This document shows positions 40,271-53,473 of a stretch of DNA of 64,000 nucleotides, piece by piece; within the stretch, counting starts at the first letter, position 1; every line of letters begins with the position of its first letter. Source of the stretch: Eledone cirrhosa. Its lineage: Eukaryota. A program made the translations under genes and the position numbers. The stretch is from positions 2,852,001 through 2,916,000 of the forward strand of contig OZ024744.1 in assembly GCA_964016885.1 (NCBI GenBank), written 5' to 3'. The notes under the pieces are model-generated. The model did not search any database and was not told the origin of the DNA. It was given only the letters and a program-made list of their open reading frames with translations.

Positions 40271-41558
40271 TGAAGAACGAAATTTTGAGGGAAGACAAGG
40301 TAGAGAAAGATAGCTTGGTGAAGAACGACGTTTTGGTGGAAGACAAGGTAGAGAAAGATAGCTTGGTGAAGAACGATGTTTTGGGGAAGACAATGTAGAG
40401 CAAGATAGCTTGGTGAACAACGAAGTTTTGGGGGAAGACAAGGTAGAGAAAGATAGCTTGGTGAAGAACGACGTTTTGAGGGAAGACAAGGTAGAGACAG
40501 ATAGCTTGGTGAAGAACGACGTTTTGTGGGAAGACAAGGTAGAGAAAGATAGCTTGGTGAAGAACGAAGTTTTGGGGGAAGACAAGGTAGAGAAAGATAG
40601 CTTGGTGAAGAACGGAATTTTGGGGGAAGACAAGGTAGAGAAAGATAGCTTGGTGAAGAACGAAGTTTTGGGGGAAGACAAGGTAGAGAAAGATAGCTTG
40701 GTGAAGAACGAAGTTTTGTGGAAGACAATGTAGAGAAAGATAGCTTGGTGAAGAACCAAGTTTTGGGGAAGACAATGTAGAGAAAGATAGCTTGGTGAAG
40801 AACGAAGTTTTGGGGGAAGACAAGGTAGAGAAAGATAGCTTGGTGAAGAACGAAGTTTTGGGAGAAAACAAGGTAGAGAAATATAGCTTGGTGAAGAACG
40901 AAGTTTTGAGGGAAGACAAGGTAGAGAAAGATAGCTTGGTGAAGAACGACCTTTTGAGGGAAGACAAGGTAGAGAAAGATAGCTTGGTGAAGAACGACGT
41001 TTTGTGGGAAGACAAGGTAGAGAAAGATAGCTTGGTGAAGAACGAAGTTTTGGGGGAAGACAAGGTAGAGAAAGATAGCTTGGTGAAGAACGAAGTTTTG
41101 GGGGAAGACAAGGTAGAGAAAGATAGCTTGGTGAAGAACGAAGTTTTGTGGGAAGACAAGGTAGAGAAAGATAGCTTGGTGAAGAACAAAGTTTTGGGGG
41201 AAGACAATGTAGAGAAAGATAGCTTGGTGAAGAACGAAGTTTTGGGGGAAGACAAGGTAGAGAAAGATAGCTTGGTGAATAACGAAATTTTGGGAGAAGA
41301 CAAGGTCGAGAAAGATAGCTTGGTGAAGAACGAAATTTTGAGGGAAGACAAGGTAGAGAAAGATAGCTTGGTGAAGAACGACGTTTTGGTGGAAGACAAG
41401 GTAGAGAAAGATAGCTTGGTGAAGAACGATGTTTTGGGGAAGACAATGTAGAGAAAGATAGCTTGGTGAAGAACGAAGTTTTGGGGGAAGACAAGGTAGA
41501 GAAAGATAGCTTGGTGAAGAACGAAGTTTTGGGAGAAGACAAGGTAGAGAAAGATAGC

Positions 41559-44500
41559 TTGGTGAAGAACGAAGTTTTGAGGGAAGACAAGGTAGAGAAA
41601 GATAGCTTGGTGAAGAACGACGTTTTGAGGGAAGACAAGGTCGAGAAAGATAGCTTGGTGTAGAACGAAATTTTGAGGGAAGACAAGGTAGAGAAAGATA
41701 GCTTGGTGAAGAACGATGTTTTGGGGAAGACAATGTAGAGAAAGATAGCTTGGTGAAGAACGAAGTTTTGGGGGAAGACAAGGTAGAGAAAGATAGCTTG
41801 GTGAAGAACGAAGTTTTGGGAGAAGACAAGGTAGAGAAAGATAGATTGGTGAAGAACGAAGTTTTGAGGGAAGACAAGGTAGAGAAAGATAGCTTGGTGA
41901 AGAACGACGTTTTGAGGGAAGACAAGGTCGAGAAAGATAGCTTGGTGAAGAACGAAATTTTGAGGGAAGACAAGGTAGAGAAAGATAGCTTGGTGAAGAA
42001 CGACGTTTTGGTGGAAGACAAGGTAGAGAAAGATAGCTTGGTGAAGAACGATGTTTTGGGGAAGACAATGTAGAGAAAGATAGCTTGGTGAAGAACGAAG
42101 TTTTGGTGGAAGACAAGGTAGAGAAAGATAGCTTGGTGAATAACGAAGTTTTGGGAGAAGACAAGGTAGAGAAAGATAGTTGGTGAAGAACGAAGTTTTG
42201 AGGGAAGACAAGGTAGAGAAAGATAGCTTGGTGAAGAACGAGGTTTTGTGGGAAGACAATGTAGAGAAAGATAGCTTGGTGAAGAACGAAGTTTTGGGGG
42301 AAGACAAGGTAGAGAAAGATAGCTTGGTGAAGAACGAAGTTTTGGGGAAGACAAGGTAGAGAAAGATAGCTTGGTGAAGAACGAAGTTTTGGGGAAGACA
42401 ATGTAGAGAAAGATAGCTTGGTGAAGAACGAAGTTTTGGGGGAAGACAAGGTAGAGAAAGATAGCTTGGTGAAGAACGACGTTTTGAGGGAAGACAAGGT
42501 AGAGAAAGATAGCTTGGTGAAGAACGACGTTTTGTGGGAAGACAAGGTAGAGAAAGATAGCTTGGTGAAGAACGAAGTTTTGGGGGAAGACAAGGTAGAG
42601 AAAGATAGCTTGGTGAAGAACGAAGTTTTGGGGGAAGACAAGGTAGAGAAAGATAGCTTGGTGAAGAACGAAGTTTTGTGGGAAGACAAGGTAGAGAAAG
42701 ATAGCTTGGTGAAGAACGAAGTTTTGGGGGAAGACAAGGTAGAGAAAGATAGCTTGGTGAAGAACGAAGTTTTGGGAGAAGACAAGGTAGAGAAAGATAG
42801 CTTGGTGAAGAACGAAGTTTTGAGGGAAGACAAGGTAGAGAAAGATAGCTTGGTGAAGAAAGACGTTTTGAGGGAAGACAAGGTAGAGAAAGATAGCTTG
42901 GTGAAGAACGACGTTTTGTGGGAAGACAAGGTAGAGAAAGATAGCTTGGTGAAGAACGAAGTTTTGGGGGAAGACAAGGTAGAGAAAGATAGCTTGGTGA
43001 AGAACGAAGTTTTGGGGGAAGACAAGGTAGAGAAAGATAGCTTGGTGAAGAACGAAGTTTTGTGGGAAGACAAGGTAGAGAAAGATAGCTTGGTGAAGAA
43101 CGAAGTTTTGGGGGAAGACAATGTAGAGAAAGATAGCTTGGTGAAGAACGAAGTTTTGGGGGAAGACAAGGTAGAGAAAGATAGCTTGGTGAATAAGGAA
43201 ATTTTGGGAGAAGACAAGGTCGAGAAAGATAGCTAGGTGAAGAACGAAATTTTGAGGGAAGACAAGGTAGAGAAAGATAGCTTGGTGAAGAACGACGTTT
43301 TGGTGGAAGACAAGGTAGAGGAAGATAGCTTGGTGAAGAACGATGTTTTGGGGAAGACAATATAGAGCAAGATAGCTTGGTGAACAACGAAGTTTTGGGG
43401 GAAGACAAGGTAGAGAAAGATAGCTTGGTGAAGAACGACGTTTTGAGGGAAGACAAGGTAGAGACAGATAGCTTGGTGAAGAACGAAGTTTTGAGGGAAG
43501 ACAAGGTAGAGAAAGATAGCTTGGTGAAGAACGACGTTTTGAGGGAAGACAAGGTCGAGAAAGATAGCTTGGTGTAGAACGAAATTTTGAGGGAAGACAA
43601 GGTAGAGAAAGATAGCTTGGTGAAGAACGATGTTTTGGGGAAGACAATGTAGAGAAAGATAGCTTGGTGAAGAACGAAGTTTTGGGGGAAGACAAGGTAG
43701 AGAAAGATAGCTTGGTGAAGAACGAAGTTTTGGGAGAAGACAAGGTAGAGAAAGATAGATTGGTGAAGAACGAAGTTTTGAGGGAAGACAAGGTAGAGAA
43801 AGATAGCTTGGTGAAGAACGACGTTTTGAGGGAAGACAAGGTCGAGAAAGATAGCTTGGTGAAGAACGAAATTTTGAGGGAAGACAAGGTAGAGAAAGAT
43901 AGCTTGGTGAAGAACGACGTTTTGGTGGAAGACAAGGTAGAGAAAGATAGCTTGGTGAAGAACGATGTTTTGGGGAAGACAATGTAGAGAAAGATAGCTT
44001 GGTGAAGAACGAAGTTTTGGTGGAAGACAAGGTAGAGAAAGATAGCTTGGTGAATAACGAAGTTTTGGGAGAAGACAAGGTAGAGAAAGATAGTTGGTGA
44101 AGAACGAAGTTTTGAGGGAAGACAAGGTAGAGAAAGATAGCTTGGTGAAGAACGAGGTTTTGTGGGAAGACAATGTAGAGAAAGATAGCTTGGTGAAGAA
44201 CGAAGTTTTGGGGGAAGACAAGGTAGAGAAAGATAGCTTGGTGAAGAACGAAGTTTTGGGGAAGACAAGGTAGAGAAAGATAGCTTGGTGAAGAACGAAG
44301 TTTTGGGGAAGACAATGTAGAGAAAGATAGCTTGGTGAAGAACGAAGTTTTGGGGGAAGACAAGGTAGAGAAAGATAGCTTGGTGAAGAACGACGTTTTG
44401 AGGGAAGACAAGGTAGAGAAAGATAGCTTGGTGAAGAACGACGTTTTGTGGGAAGACAAGGTAGAGAAAGATAGCTTGGTGAAGAACGAAGTTTTGGGGG

Positions 44501-45386
44501 AAGACAAGGTAGAGAAAGATAGCTTGGTGAAGAACGAAGTTTTGGGGGAAGACAAGGTAGAGAAAGATAGCTTGGTGAAGAACGAAGTTTTGTGGGAAGA
44601 CAAGGTAGAGAAAGATAGCTTGGTGAAGAACGAAGTTTTGGGGGAAGACAAGGTAGAGAAAGATAGCTTGGTGAAGAACGAAGTTTTGGGAGAAGACAAG
44701 GTAGAGAAAGATAGCTTGGTGAAGAACGAAGTTTTGAGGGAAGACAAGGTAGAGAAAGATAGCTTGGTGAAGAAAGACGTTTTGAGGGAAGACAAGGTAG
44801 AGAAAGATAGCTTGGTGAAGAACGACGTTTTGTGGGAAGACAAGGTAGAGAAAGATAGCTTGGTGAAGAACGAAGTTTTGGGGGAAGACAAGGTAGAGAA
44901 AGATAGCTTGGTGAAGAACGAAGTTTTGGGGGAAGACAAGGTAGAGAAAGATAGCTTGGTGAAGAACGAAGTTTTGTGGGAAGACAAGGTAGAGAAAGAT
45001 AGCTTGGTGAAGAACGAAGTTTTGGGGGAAGACAATGTAGAGAAAGATAGCTTGGTGAAGAACGAAGTTTTGGGGGAAGACAAGGTAGAGAAAGATAGCT
45101 TGGTGAATAAGGAAATTTTGGGAGAAGACAAGGTCGAGAAAGATAGCTAGGTGAAGAACGAAATTTTGAGGGAAGACAAGGTAGAGAAAGATAGCTTGGT
45201 GAAGAACGACGTTTTGGTGGAAGACAAGGTAGAGGAAGATAGCTTGGTGAAGAACGATGTTTTGGGGAAGACAATATAGAGCAAGATAGCTTGGTGAACA
45301 ACGAAGTTTTGGGGGAAGACAAGGTAGAGAAAGATAGCTTGGTGAAGAACGACGTTTTGAGGGAAGACAAGGTAGAGACAGATAGC
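41559..45386. repeat. Tandem higher-order repeat, period 1914 bp (40 monomers), 2 copies
   Basis: Offsets 41750->43664, 42418->44332 and 43377->45291. The private marker GTGTAGAAC occurs at about 41658 and 43572 only. Confidence 0.9.
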
Positions 45387-48300
45387 TTGGTGAAGAACGA
45401 CGTTTTGTGGGAAGACAAGGTAGAGAAAGATAGCTTGGTGAAGAACGAAGTTTTGGGGGAAGACAAGGTAGAGAAAGATAGCTTGGTGAAGAACGGAGTT
45501 TTGGGGGAAGACAAGGTAGAGAAAGATAGCTTGGTGAAGAACGAAGTTTTGGGGGAAGACAAGGTAGAGAAAGATAGCTTGGTGAAGAACGAAGTTTTGT
45601 GGAAGACAATGTAGAGAAAAATAGCATGGTGAAGAACGAAGTTTTGGGGAAGACAATGTAGAGAAAGATAGCTTGGTGAAGAACGAAGTTTTGGGGGAAG
45701 ACAAGGTAGAGAAAGATAGCTTGGTGAAGAACGAAGTTTTGGGAGAAAACAAGGTAGAGAAATATAGCTTGGTGAAGAACGAAGTTTTGAGGGAAGACAA
45801 GGTAGAGAAAGATAGCTTGGTGAAGAACGACCTTTTGAGGGAAGACAAGGTAGAGAAAGATAGCTTGGTGAAGAACGACGTTTTGTGGGAAGACAAGGTA
45901 GAGAAAGATAGCTTGGTGAAGAACGAAGTTTTGGGGGAAGACAAGGTAGAGAAAGATAGCTTGGTGAAGAACGAAGTTTTGTGGGAAGACAAGGTAGAGA
46001 AAGATAGCTTGGTGAAGAACAAAGTTTTGGGGGAAGACAATGTAGAGAAAGATAGCTTGGTGAAGAACGACGTTTTGTGGGAAGACAAGGTAGAGAAAGA
46101 TAGCTTGGTGAAGAACGAAGTTTTGGGGGAAGACAAGGTAGAGAAAGATAGCTTGGTGAAGAACGGAGTTTTGGGGGAAGACAAGGTAGAGAAAGATAGC
46201 TTGGTGAAGAACGAAGTTTTGGGGGAAGACAAGGTAGAGAAAGATAGCTTGGTGAAGAACGAAGTTTTGTGGAAGACAATGTAGAGAAAGATAGCTTGGT
46301 GAAGAACCAAGTTTTGGGGAAGACAATGTAGAGAAAGATAGCTTGGTGAAGAACGAAGTTTTGGGGGAAGACAAGGTAGAGAAAGATAGCTTGGTGAAGA
46401 ACGAAGTTTTGGGAGAAAACAAGGTAGAGAAATATAGCTTGGTGAAGAACGAAGTTTTGAGGGAAGACAAGGTAGAGAAAGATAGCTTGGTGAAGAACGA
46501 CCTTTTGAGGGAAGACAAGGTAGAGAAAGATAGCTTGGTGAAGAACGACGTTTTGTGGGAAGACAAGGTAGAGAAAGATAGCTTGGTGAAGAACGAAGTT
46601 TTGGGGGAAGACAAGGTAGAGAAAGATAGCTTGGTGAAGAACGAAGTTTTGGGGGAAGACAAGGTAGAGAAAGATAGCTTGGTGAAGAACGAAGTTTTGT
46701 GGGAAGACAAGGTAGAGAAAGATAGCTTGGTGAAGAACAAAGTTTTGGGGGAAGACAATGTAGAGAAAGATAGCTTGGTGAAGAACGAAGTTTTGGGGGA
46801 AGACAAGGTAGAGAAAGATAGCTTGGTGAATAACGAAATTTTGGGAGAAGACAAGGTCGAGAAAGATAGCTTGGTGAAGAACGAAATTTTGAGGGAAGAC
46901 AAGGTAGAGAAAGATAGCTTGGTGAAGAACGACGTTTTGGTGGAAGACAAGGTAGAGAAAGATAGCTTGGTGAAGAACGATGTTTTGTGGAAGACAATGT
47001 AGAGAAAGATAGCTTGGTGAAGAACGAAGTTTTGGGGGAAGACAAGGTAGAGAAAGATAGCTTGGTGAAGAACGAAGTTTTGGGAGAAGACAAGGTAGAG
47101 AAAGATAGCTTGGTGAAGAACGAAGTTTTGAGGGAAGACAAGGTAGAGAAAGATAGCTTGGTGAAGAACGACGTTTTGAGGGAAGACAAGGTCGAGAAAG
47201 ATAGCTTGGTGAAGAACGAAATTTTGAGGGAAGACAAGGTAGAGAAAGATAGCTTGGTGAAGAACGATGTTTTGGGGAAGACAATGTAGAGAAAGATAGC
47301 TTGGTGAAGAACGAAGTTTTGGGGGAAGACAAGGTAGAGAAAGATAGCTTGGTGAAGAACGAAGTTTTGGGAGAAGACAAGGTAGAGAAAGATAGATTGG
47401 TGAAGAACGAAGTTTTGAGGGAAGACAAGGTAGATAAAGATAGCTTGGTGAAGAACGACGTTTTGAGGGAAGACAAGGTCGAGAAAGATAGCTTGGTGAA
47501 GAACGAAATTTTGAGGGAAGACAAGGTAGAGAAAGATAGCTTGGTGAAGAACGACGTTTTGGTGGAAGACAAGGTAGAGAAAGATAGCTTGGTGAAGAAC
47601 GATGTTTTGGGGAAGACAATGTAGAGAAAGATAGCTTGGTGAAGAACGAAGTTTTGGTGGAAGACAAGGTAGAGAAAGATAGCTTGGTGAATAACGAAGT
47701 TTTGGGAGAAGACAAGGTAGAGAAAGATAGTTGGTGAAGAACGAAGTTTTGAGGGAAGACAAGGTAGAGAAAGATAGCTTGGTGAAGAACGAGGTTTTGT
47801 GGGAAGACAATGTAGAGAAAGATAGCTTGGTGAAGAACGAAGTTTTGGGGGAAGACAAGGTAGAGAAAGATAGCTTGGTGAAGAACGAAGTTTTGGGGAA
47901 GACAAGGTAGAGAAAGATAGCTTGGTGAAGAACGAAGTTTTGGGGAAGACAATGTAGAGAAAGATAGCTTGGTGAAGAACGAAGTTTTGGGGGAAGACAA
48001 GGTAGAGAAAGATAGCTTGGTGAAGAACGACGTTTTGAGGGAAGACAAGGTAGAGAAAGATAGCTTGGTGAAGAACGACGTTTTGTGGGAAGACAAGGTA
48101 GAGAAAGATAGCTTGGTGAAGAACGAAGTTTTGGGGGAAGACAAGGTAGAGAAAGATAGCTTGGTGAAGAACGAAGTTTTGGGGGAAGACAAGGTAGAGA
48201 AAGATAGCTTGGTGAAGAACGAAGTTTTGTGGGAAGACAAGGTAGAGAAAGATAGCTTGGTGAAGAACGAAGTTTTGGGGGAAGACAAGGTAGAGAAAGA

Positions 48301-49693
48301 TAGCTTGGTGAAGAACGAAGTTTTGGGAGAAGACAAGGTAGAGAAAGATAGCTTGGTGAAGAACGAAGTTTTGAGGGAAGACAAGGTAGAGAAAGATAGC
48401 TTGGTGAAGAAAGACGTTTTGAGGGAAGACAAGGTAGAGAAAGATAGCTTGGTGAAGAACGACGTTTTGTGGGAAGACAAGGTAGAGAAAGATAGCTTGG
48501 TGAAGAACGAAGTTTTGGGGGAAGACAAGGTAGAGAAAGATAGCTTGGTGAAGAACGAAGTTTTGGGGGAAGACAAGGTAGAGAAAGATAGCTTGGTGAA
48601 GAACGAAGTTTTGTGGGAAGACAAGGTAGAGAAAGATAGCTTGGTGAAGAACGAAGTTTTGGGGGAAGACAATGTAGAGAAAGATAGCTTGGTGAAGAAC
48701 GAAGTTTTGGGGGAAGACAAGGTAGAGAAAGATAGCTTGGTGAATAAGGAAATTTTGGGAGAAGACAAGGTCGAGAAAGATAGCTAGGTGAAGAACGAAA
48801 TTTTGAGGGAAGACAAGGTAGAGAAAGATAGCTTGGTGAAGAACGACGTTTTGGTGGAAGACAAGGTAGAGGAAGATAGCTTGGTGAAGAACGATGTTTT
48901 GGGGAAGACAATATAGAGCAAGATAGCTTGGTGAACAACGAAGTTTTGGGGGAAGACAAGGTAGAGAAAGATAGCTTGGTGAAGAACGACGTTTTGAGGG
49001 AAGACAAGGTAGAGACAGATAGCTTGGTGAAGAACGACGTTTTGTGGGAAGACTAGGTAGAGAAAGATAGCTTGGTGAAGAACGAAGTTTTGGGGGAAGA
49101 CAAGGTAGAGAAAGATAGCTTGGTGAAGAACGGAGTTTTGGGGGAAGACAAGGTAGAGAAAGATAGCTTGGTGAAGAACGAAGTTTTGGGGGAAGACAAG
49201 GTAGAGAAAGATAGCTTGGTGAAGAACGAAGTTTTGTGGAAGACAATGTAGAGAAAAATAGCATGGTGAAGAACGAAGTTTTGGGGAAGACAATGTAGAG
49301 AAAGATAGCTTGGTGAAGAACGAAGTTTTGGGGGAAGACAAGGTAGAGAAAGATAGCTTGGTGAAGAACGAAGTTTTGGGAGAAAACAAGGTAGAGAAAT
49401 ATAGCTTGGTGAAGAACGAAGTTTTGAGGGAAGACAAGGTAGAGAAAGATAGCTTGGTGAAGAACGACCTTTTGAGGGAAGACAAGGTAGAGAAAGATAG
49501 CTTGGTGAAGAACGACGTTTTGTGGGAAGACAAGGTAGAGAAAGATAGCTTGGTGAAGAACGAAGTTTTGGGGGAAGACAAGGTAGAGAAAGATAGCTTG
49601 GTGAAGAACGAAGTTTTGTGGGAAGACAAGGTAGAGAAAGATAGCTTGGTGAAGAACAAAGTTTTGGGGGAAGACAATGTAGAGAAAGATAGC
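43473..49693. repeat. Duplication, offset 3637 bp (76 monomers): about 43473-46056 vs about 47110-49693
   Basis: Offsets 43664->47301, 44332->47969 and 45673->49310. The private marker GAGAAAAATAGCATGG occurs at about 45614 and 49251. Confidence 0.88.
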
Positions 49694-50505
49694 TTGGTGA
49701 AGAACGAAGTTTTGGGGGAAGACAAGGTAGAGAAAGATAGCTTGGTGAATAACGAAATTTTGGGAGAAGACAAGGTCGAGAAAGATAGCTTGGTGAAGAA
49801 CGAAATTTTGAGGGAAGACAAGGTAGAGAAAGATAGCTTGGTGAAGAACGACGTTTTGGTGGAAGACAAGGTAGAGAAAGATAGCTTGGTGAAGAACGAT
49901 GTTTTGGGGAAGACAATGTAGAGAAAGATAGCTTGGTGAAGAACGAAGTTTTGGGGGAAGACAAGGTAGAGAAAGATAGCTTGGTGAAGAACGAAGTTTT
50001 GGGGGAAGACAAGGTAGAGAAAGATAGCTTGGTGAAGAACGAAGTTTTGGGGAAGACAATGTAGAGAAAGATAGCTTGGTGAAGAACGAAGATTTGGGGG
50101 AAGACAAGGTAGAGAAAGATAGCTTGGTGAAGAACGAAGTTTTGGGAGAAGACAAGGTAGAGAAAGATAGCTTGGTGAAGAACGAAGTTTTGAGGGAAGA
50201 CAAGGTAGAGAAAGATGCTTGGTGAAGAACGACGTTTTGAGGGAAGACAAGGTAGAGAAAGATAGCTTGGTGAAGAACGACGTTTTGTGGGAAGACAAGG
50301 TAGAGAAAGATAGCTTGGTGAAGAACGAAGTTTTGGGGGAAGACAAGGTAGAGAAAGATAGCTTGGTGAAGAACGGAGTTTTGGGGGAAGACAAGGTAGA
50401 GAAAGATAGCTTGGTGAAGAACGAAGTTTTGGGGGAAGACAAGGTAGAGAAAGATAGCTTGGTGAAGAACGAAGTTTTGTGGAAGACAATGTAGAGAAAG
50501 ATAGC

Positions 50506-53473
50506 TTGGTGAAGAACGAAGTTTTGGGGAAGACAATGTAGAGAAAGATAGCTTGGTGAATAACGAAATTTTGGGAGAAGACAAGGTAGAGAAAGATAGC
50601 TTGGTGAAGAACGAAGTTTTGAGGGAAGACAAGGTAGAGAAAGATAGCTTGGTGAAGAACGACGTTTTGAGGGAAGACAAGGTAGAGAAAGATAGCTTGG
50701 TGAAGAACGACGTTTTGTGGGAAGACAAGGTAGAGAAAGATAGCTTGGTGAAGAACGAAGTTTTGGGGGAAGACAAGGTAGAGAAAGATAGCTTGGTGAA
50801 GAACGAAGTTTTGGGGGAAGACAAGGTAGAGAAAGATAGCTTGGTGAAGAACGAAGTTTTGTGGGAAGACAAGGTAGAGAAAGATAGCTTGGTGAAGAAC
50901 AAAGTTTTTGGGGAAGACAATGTAGAGAAAGATAGCTTGGTGAAGAACGAAGTTTTGGGGGAAGACAAGGTAGAGAAAGATAGCTTGGTGAATAACGAAA
51001 TTTTGGGAGAAGACAAGGTCGAGAAAGATAGCTTGGTGAAGAACGAAATTTTGAGGGAAGACAAGGTAGAGAAAGATAGCTTGGTGAAGAACGACGTTTT
51101 GGTGGAAGACAAGGTAGAGAAAGATAGCTTGGTGAAGAACGATGTTTTGGGGAAGACAATGTAGAGCAAGATAGCTTGGTGAACAACGAAGTTTTGGGGG
51201 AAGACAAGGTAGAGAAAGATAGCTTGGTGAAGAACGACGTTTTGAGGGAAGACAAGGTAGAGACAGATAGCTTGGTGAAGAACGACGTTTTGTGGGAAGA
51301 CAAGGTAGAGAAAGATAGCTTGGTGAAGAACGAAGTTTTGGGGGAAGACAAGGTAGAGAAAGATAGCTTGGTGAAGAACGGAGTTTTGGGGGAAGACAAG
51401 GTAGAGAAAGATAGCTTGGTGAAGAACGAAGTTTTGGGGGAAGACAAGGTAGAGAAAGATAGCTTGGTGAAGAACGAAGTTTTGTGGAAGACAATGTAGA
51501 GAAAGATAGCTTGGTGAAGAACCAAGTTTTGGGGAAGACAATGTAGAGAAAGATAGCTTGGTGAAGAACGAAGTTTTGGGGGAAGACAAGGTAGAGAAAG
51601 ATAGCTTGGTGAAGAACGAAGTTTTGGGAGAAAACAAGGTAGAGAAATATAGCTTGGTGAAGAACGAAGTTTTGAGGGAAGACAAGGTAGAGAAAGATAG
51701 CTTGGTGAAGAACGACCTTTTGAGGGAAGACAAGGTAGAGAAAGATAGCTTGGTGAAGAACGACGTTTTGTGGGAAGACAAGGTAGAGAAAGATAGCTTG
51801 GTGAAGAACGAAGTTTTGGGGGAAGACAAGGTAGAGAAAGATAGCTTGGTGAAGAACGAAGTTTTGGGGGAAGACAAGGTAGAGAAAGATAGCTTGGTGA
51901 AGAACGAAGTTTTGTGGGAAGACAAGGTAGAGAAAGATAGCTTGGTGAAGAACAAAGTTTTGGGGGAAGACAATGTAGAGAAAGATAGCTTGGTGAAGAA
52001 CGAAGTTTTGGGGAAGACAATGTAGAGAAAGATAGCTTGGTGAATAACGAAATTTTGGGAGAAGACAAGGTAGAGAAAGATAGCTTGGTGAAGAACGAAG
52101 TTTTGAGGGAAGACAAGGTAGAGAAAGATAGCTTGGTGAAGAACGACGTTTTGAGGGAAGACAAGGTAGAGAAAGATAGCTTGGTGAAGAACGACGTTTT
52201 GTGGGAAGACAAGGTAGAGAAAGATAGCTTGGTGAAGAACGAAGTTTTGGGGGAAGACAAGGTAGAGAAAGATAGCTTGGTGAAGAACGAAGTTTTGGGG
52301 GAAGACAAGGTAGAGAAAGATAGCTTGGTGAAGAACGAAGTTTTGTGGGAAGACAAGGTAGAGAAAGATAGCTTGGTGAAGAACAAAGTTTTTGGGGAAG
52401 ACAATGTAGAGAAAGATAGCTTGGTGAAGAACGAAGTTTTGGGGGAAGACAAGGTAGAGAAAGATAGCTTGGTGAATAACGAAATTTTGTGAGAAGACAA
52501 GGTCGAGAAAGATAGCTTGGTGAAGAACGAAATTTTGAGGGAAGACAAGGTAGAGAAAGATAGCTTGGTGAAGAACGACGTTTTGGTGGAAGACAAGGTA
52601 GAGAAAGATAGCTTGGTGAAGAACGATGTTTTGGGGAAGACAATGTAGAGCAAGATAGCTTGGTGAACAACGAAGTTTTGGGGGAAGACAAGGTAGAGAA
52701 AGATAGCTTGGTGAAGAACGACGTTTTGAGGGAAGACAAGGTAGAGACAGATAGCTTGGTGAAGAACGACGTTTTGTGGGAAGACAAGGTAGAGAAAGAT
52801 AGCTTGGTGAAGAACGAAGTTTTGGGGGAAGACAAGGTAGAGAAAGATAGCTTGGTGAAGAACGGAGTTTTGGGGGAAGACAAGGTAGAGAAAGATAGCT
52901 TGGTGAAGAACGAAGTTTTGGGGGAAGACAAGGTAGAGAAAGATAGCTTGGTGAAGAACGAAGTTTTGTGGAAGACAATGTAGAGAAAGATAGCTTGGTG
53001 AAGAACCAAGTTTTGGGGAAGACAATGTAGAGAAAGATAGCTTGGTGAAGAACGAAGTTTTGGGGGAAGACAAGGTAGAGAAAGATAGCTTGGTGAAGAA
53101 CGAAGTTTTGGGAGAAAACAAGGTAGAGAAATATAGCTTGGTGAAGAACGAAGTTTTGAGGGAAGACAAGGTAGAGAAAGATAGCTTGGTGAAGAACGAC
53201 CTTTTGAGGGAAGACAAGGTAGAGAAAGATAGCTTGGTGAAGAACGACGTTTTGTGGGAAGACAAGGTAGAGAAAGATAGCTTGGTGAAGAACGAAGTTT
53301 TGGGGGAAGACAAGGTAGAGAAAGATAGCTTGGTGAAGAACGAAGTTTTGGGGGAAGACAAGGTAGAGAAAGATAGCTTGGTGAAGAACGAAGTTTTGTG
53401 GGAAGACAAGGTAGAGAAAGATAGCTTGGTGAAGAACAAAGTTTTGGGGGAAGACAATGTAGAGAAAGATAGC
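50506..53473. repeat. Tandem higher-order repeat, period 1484 bp (31 monomers), 2 copies
   Basis: Offsets 50553->52037, 51176->52660 and 51558->53042. The AACCAAG marker recurs at about 51520/53004. Confidence 0.88.
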
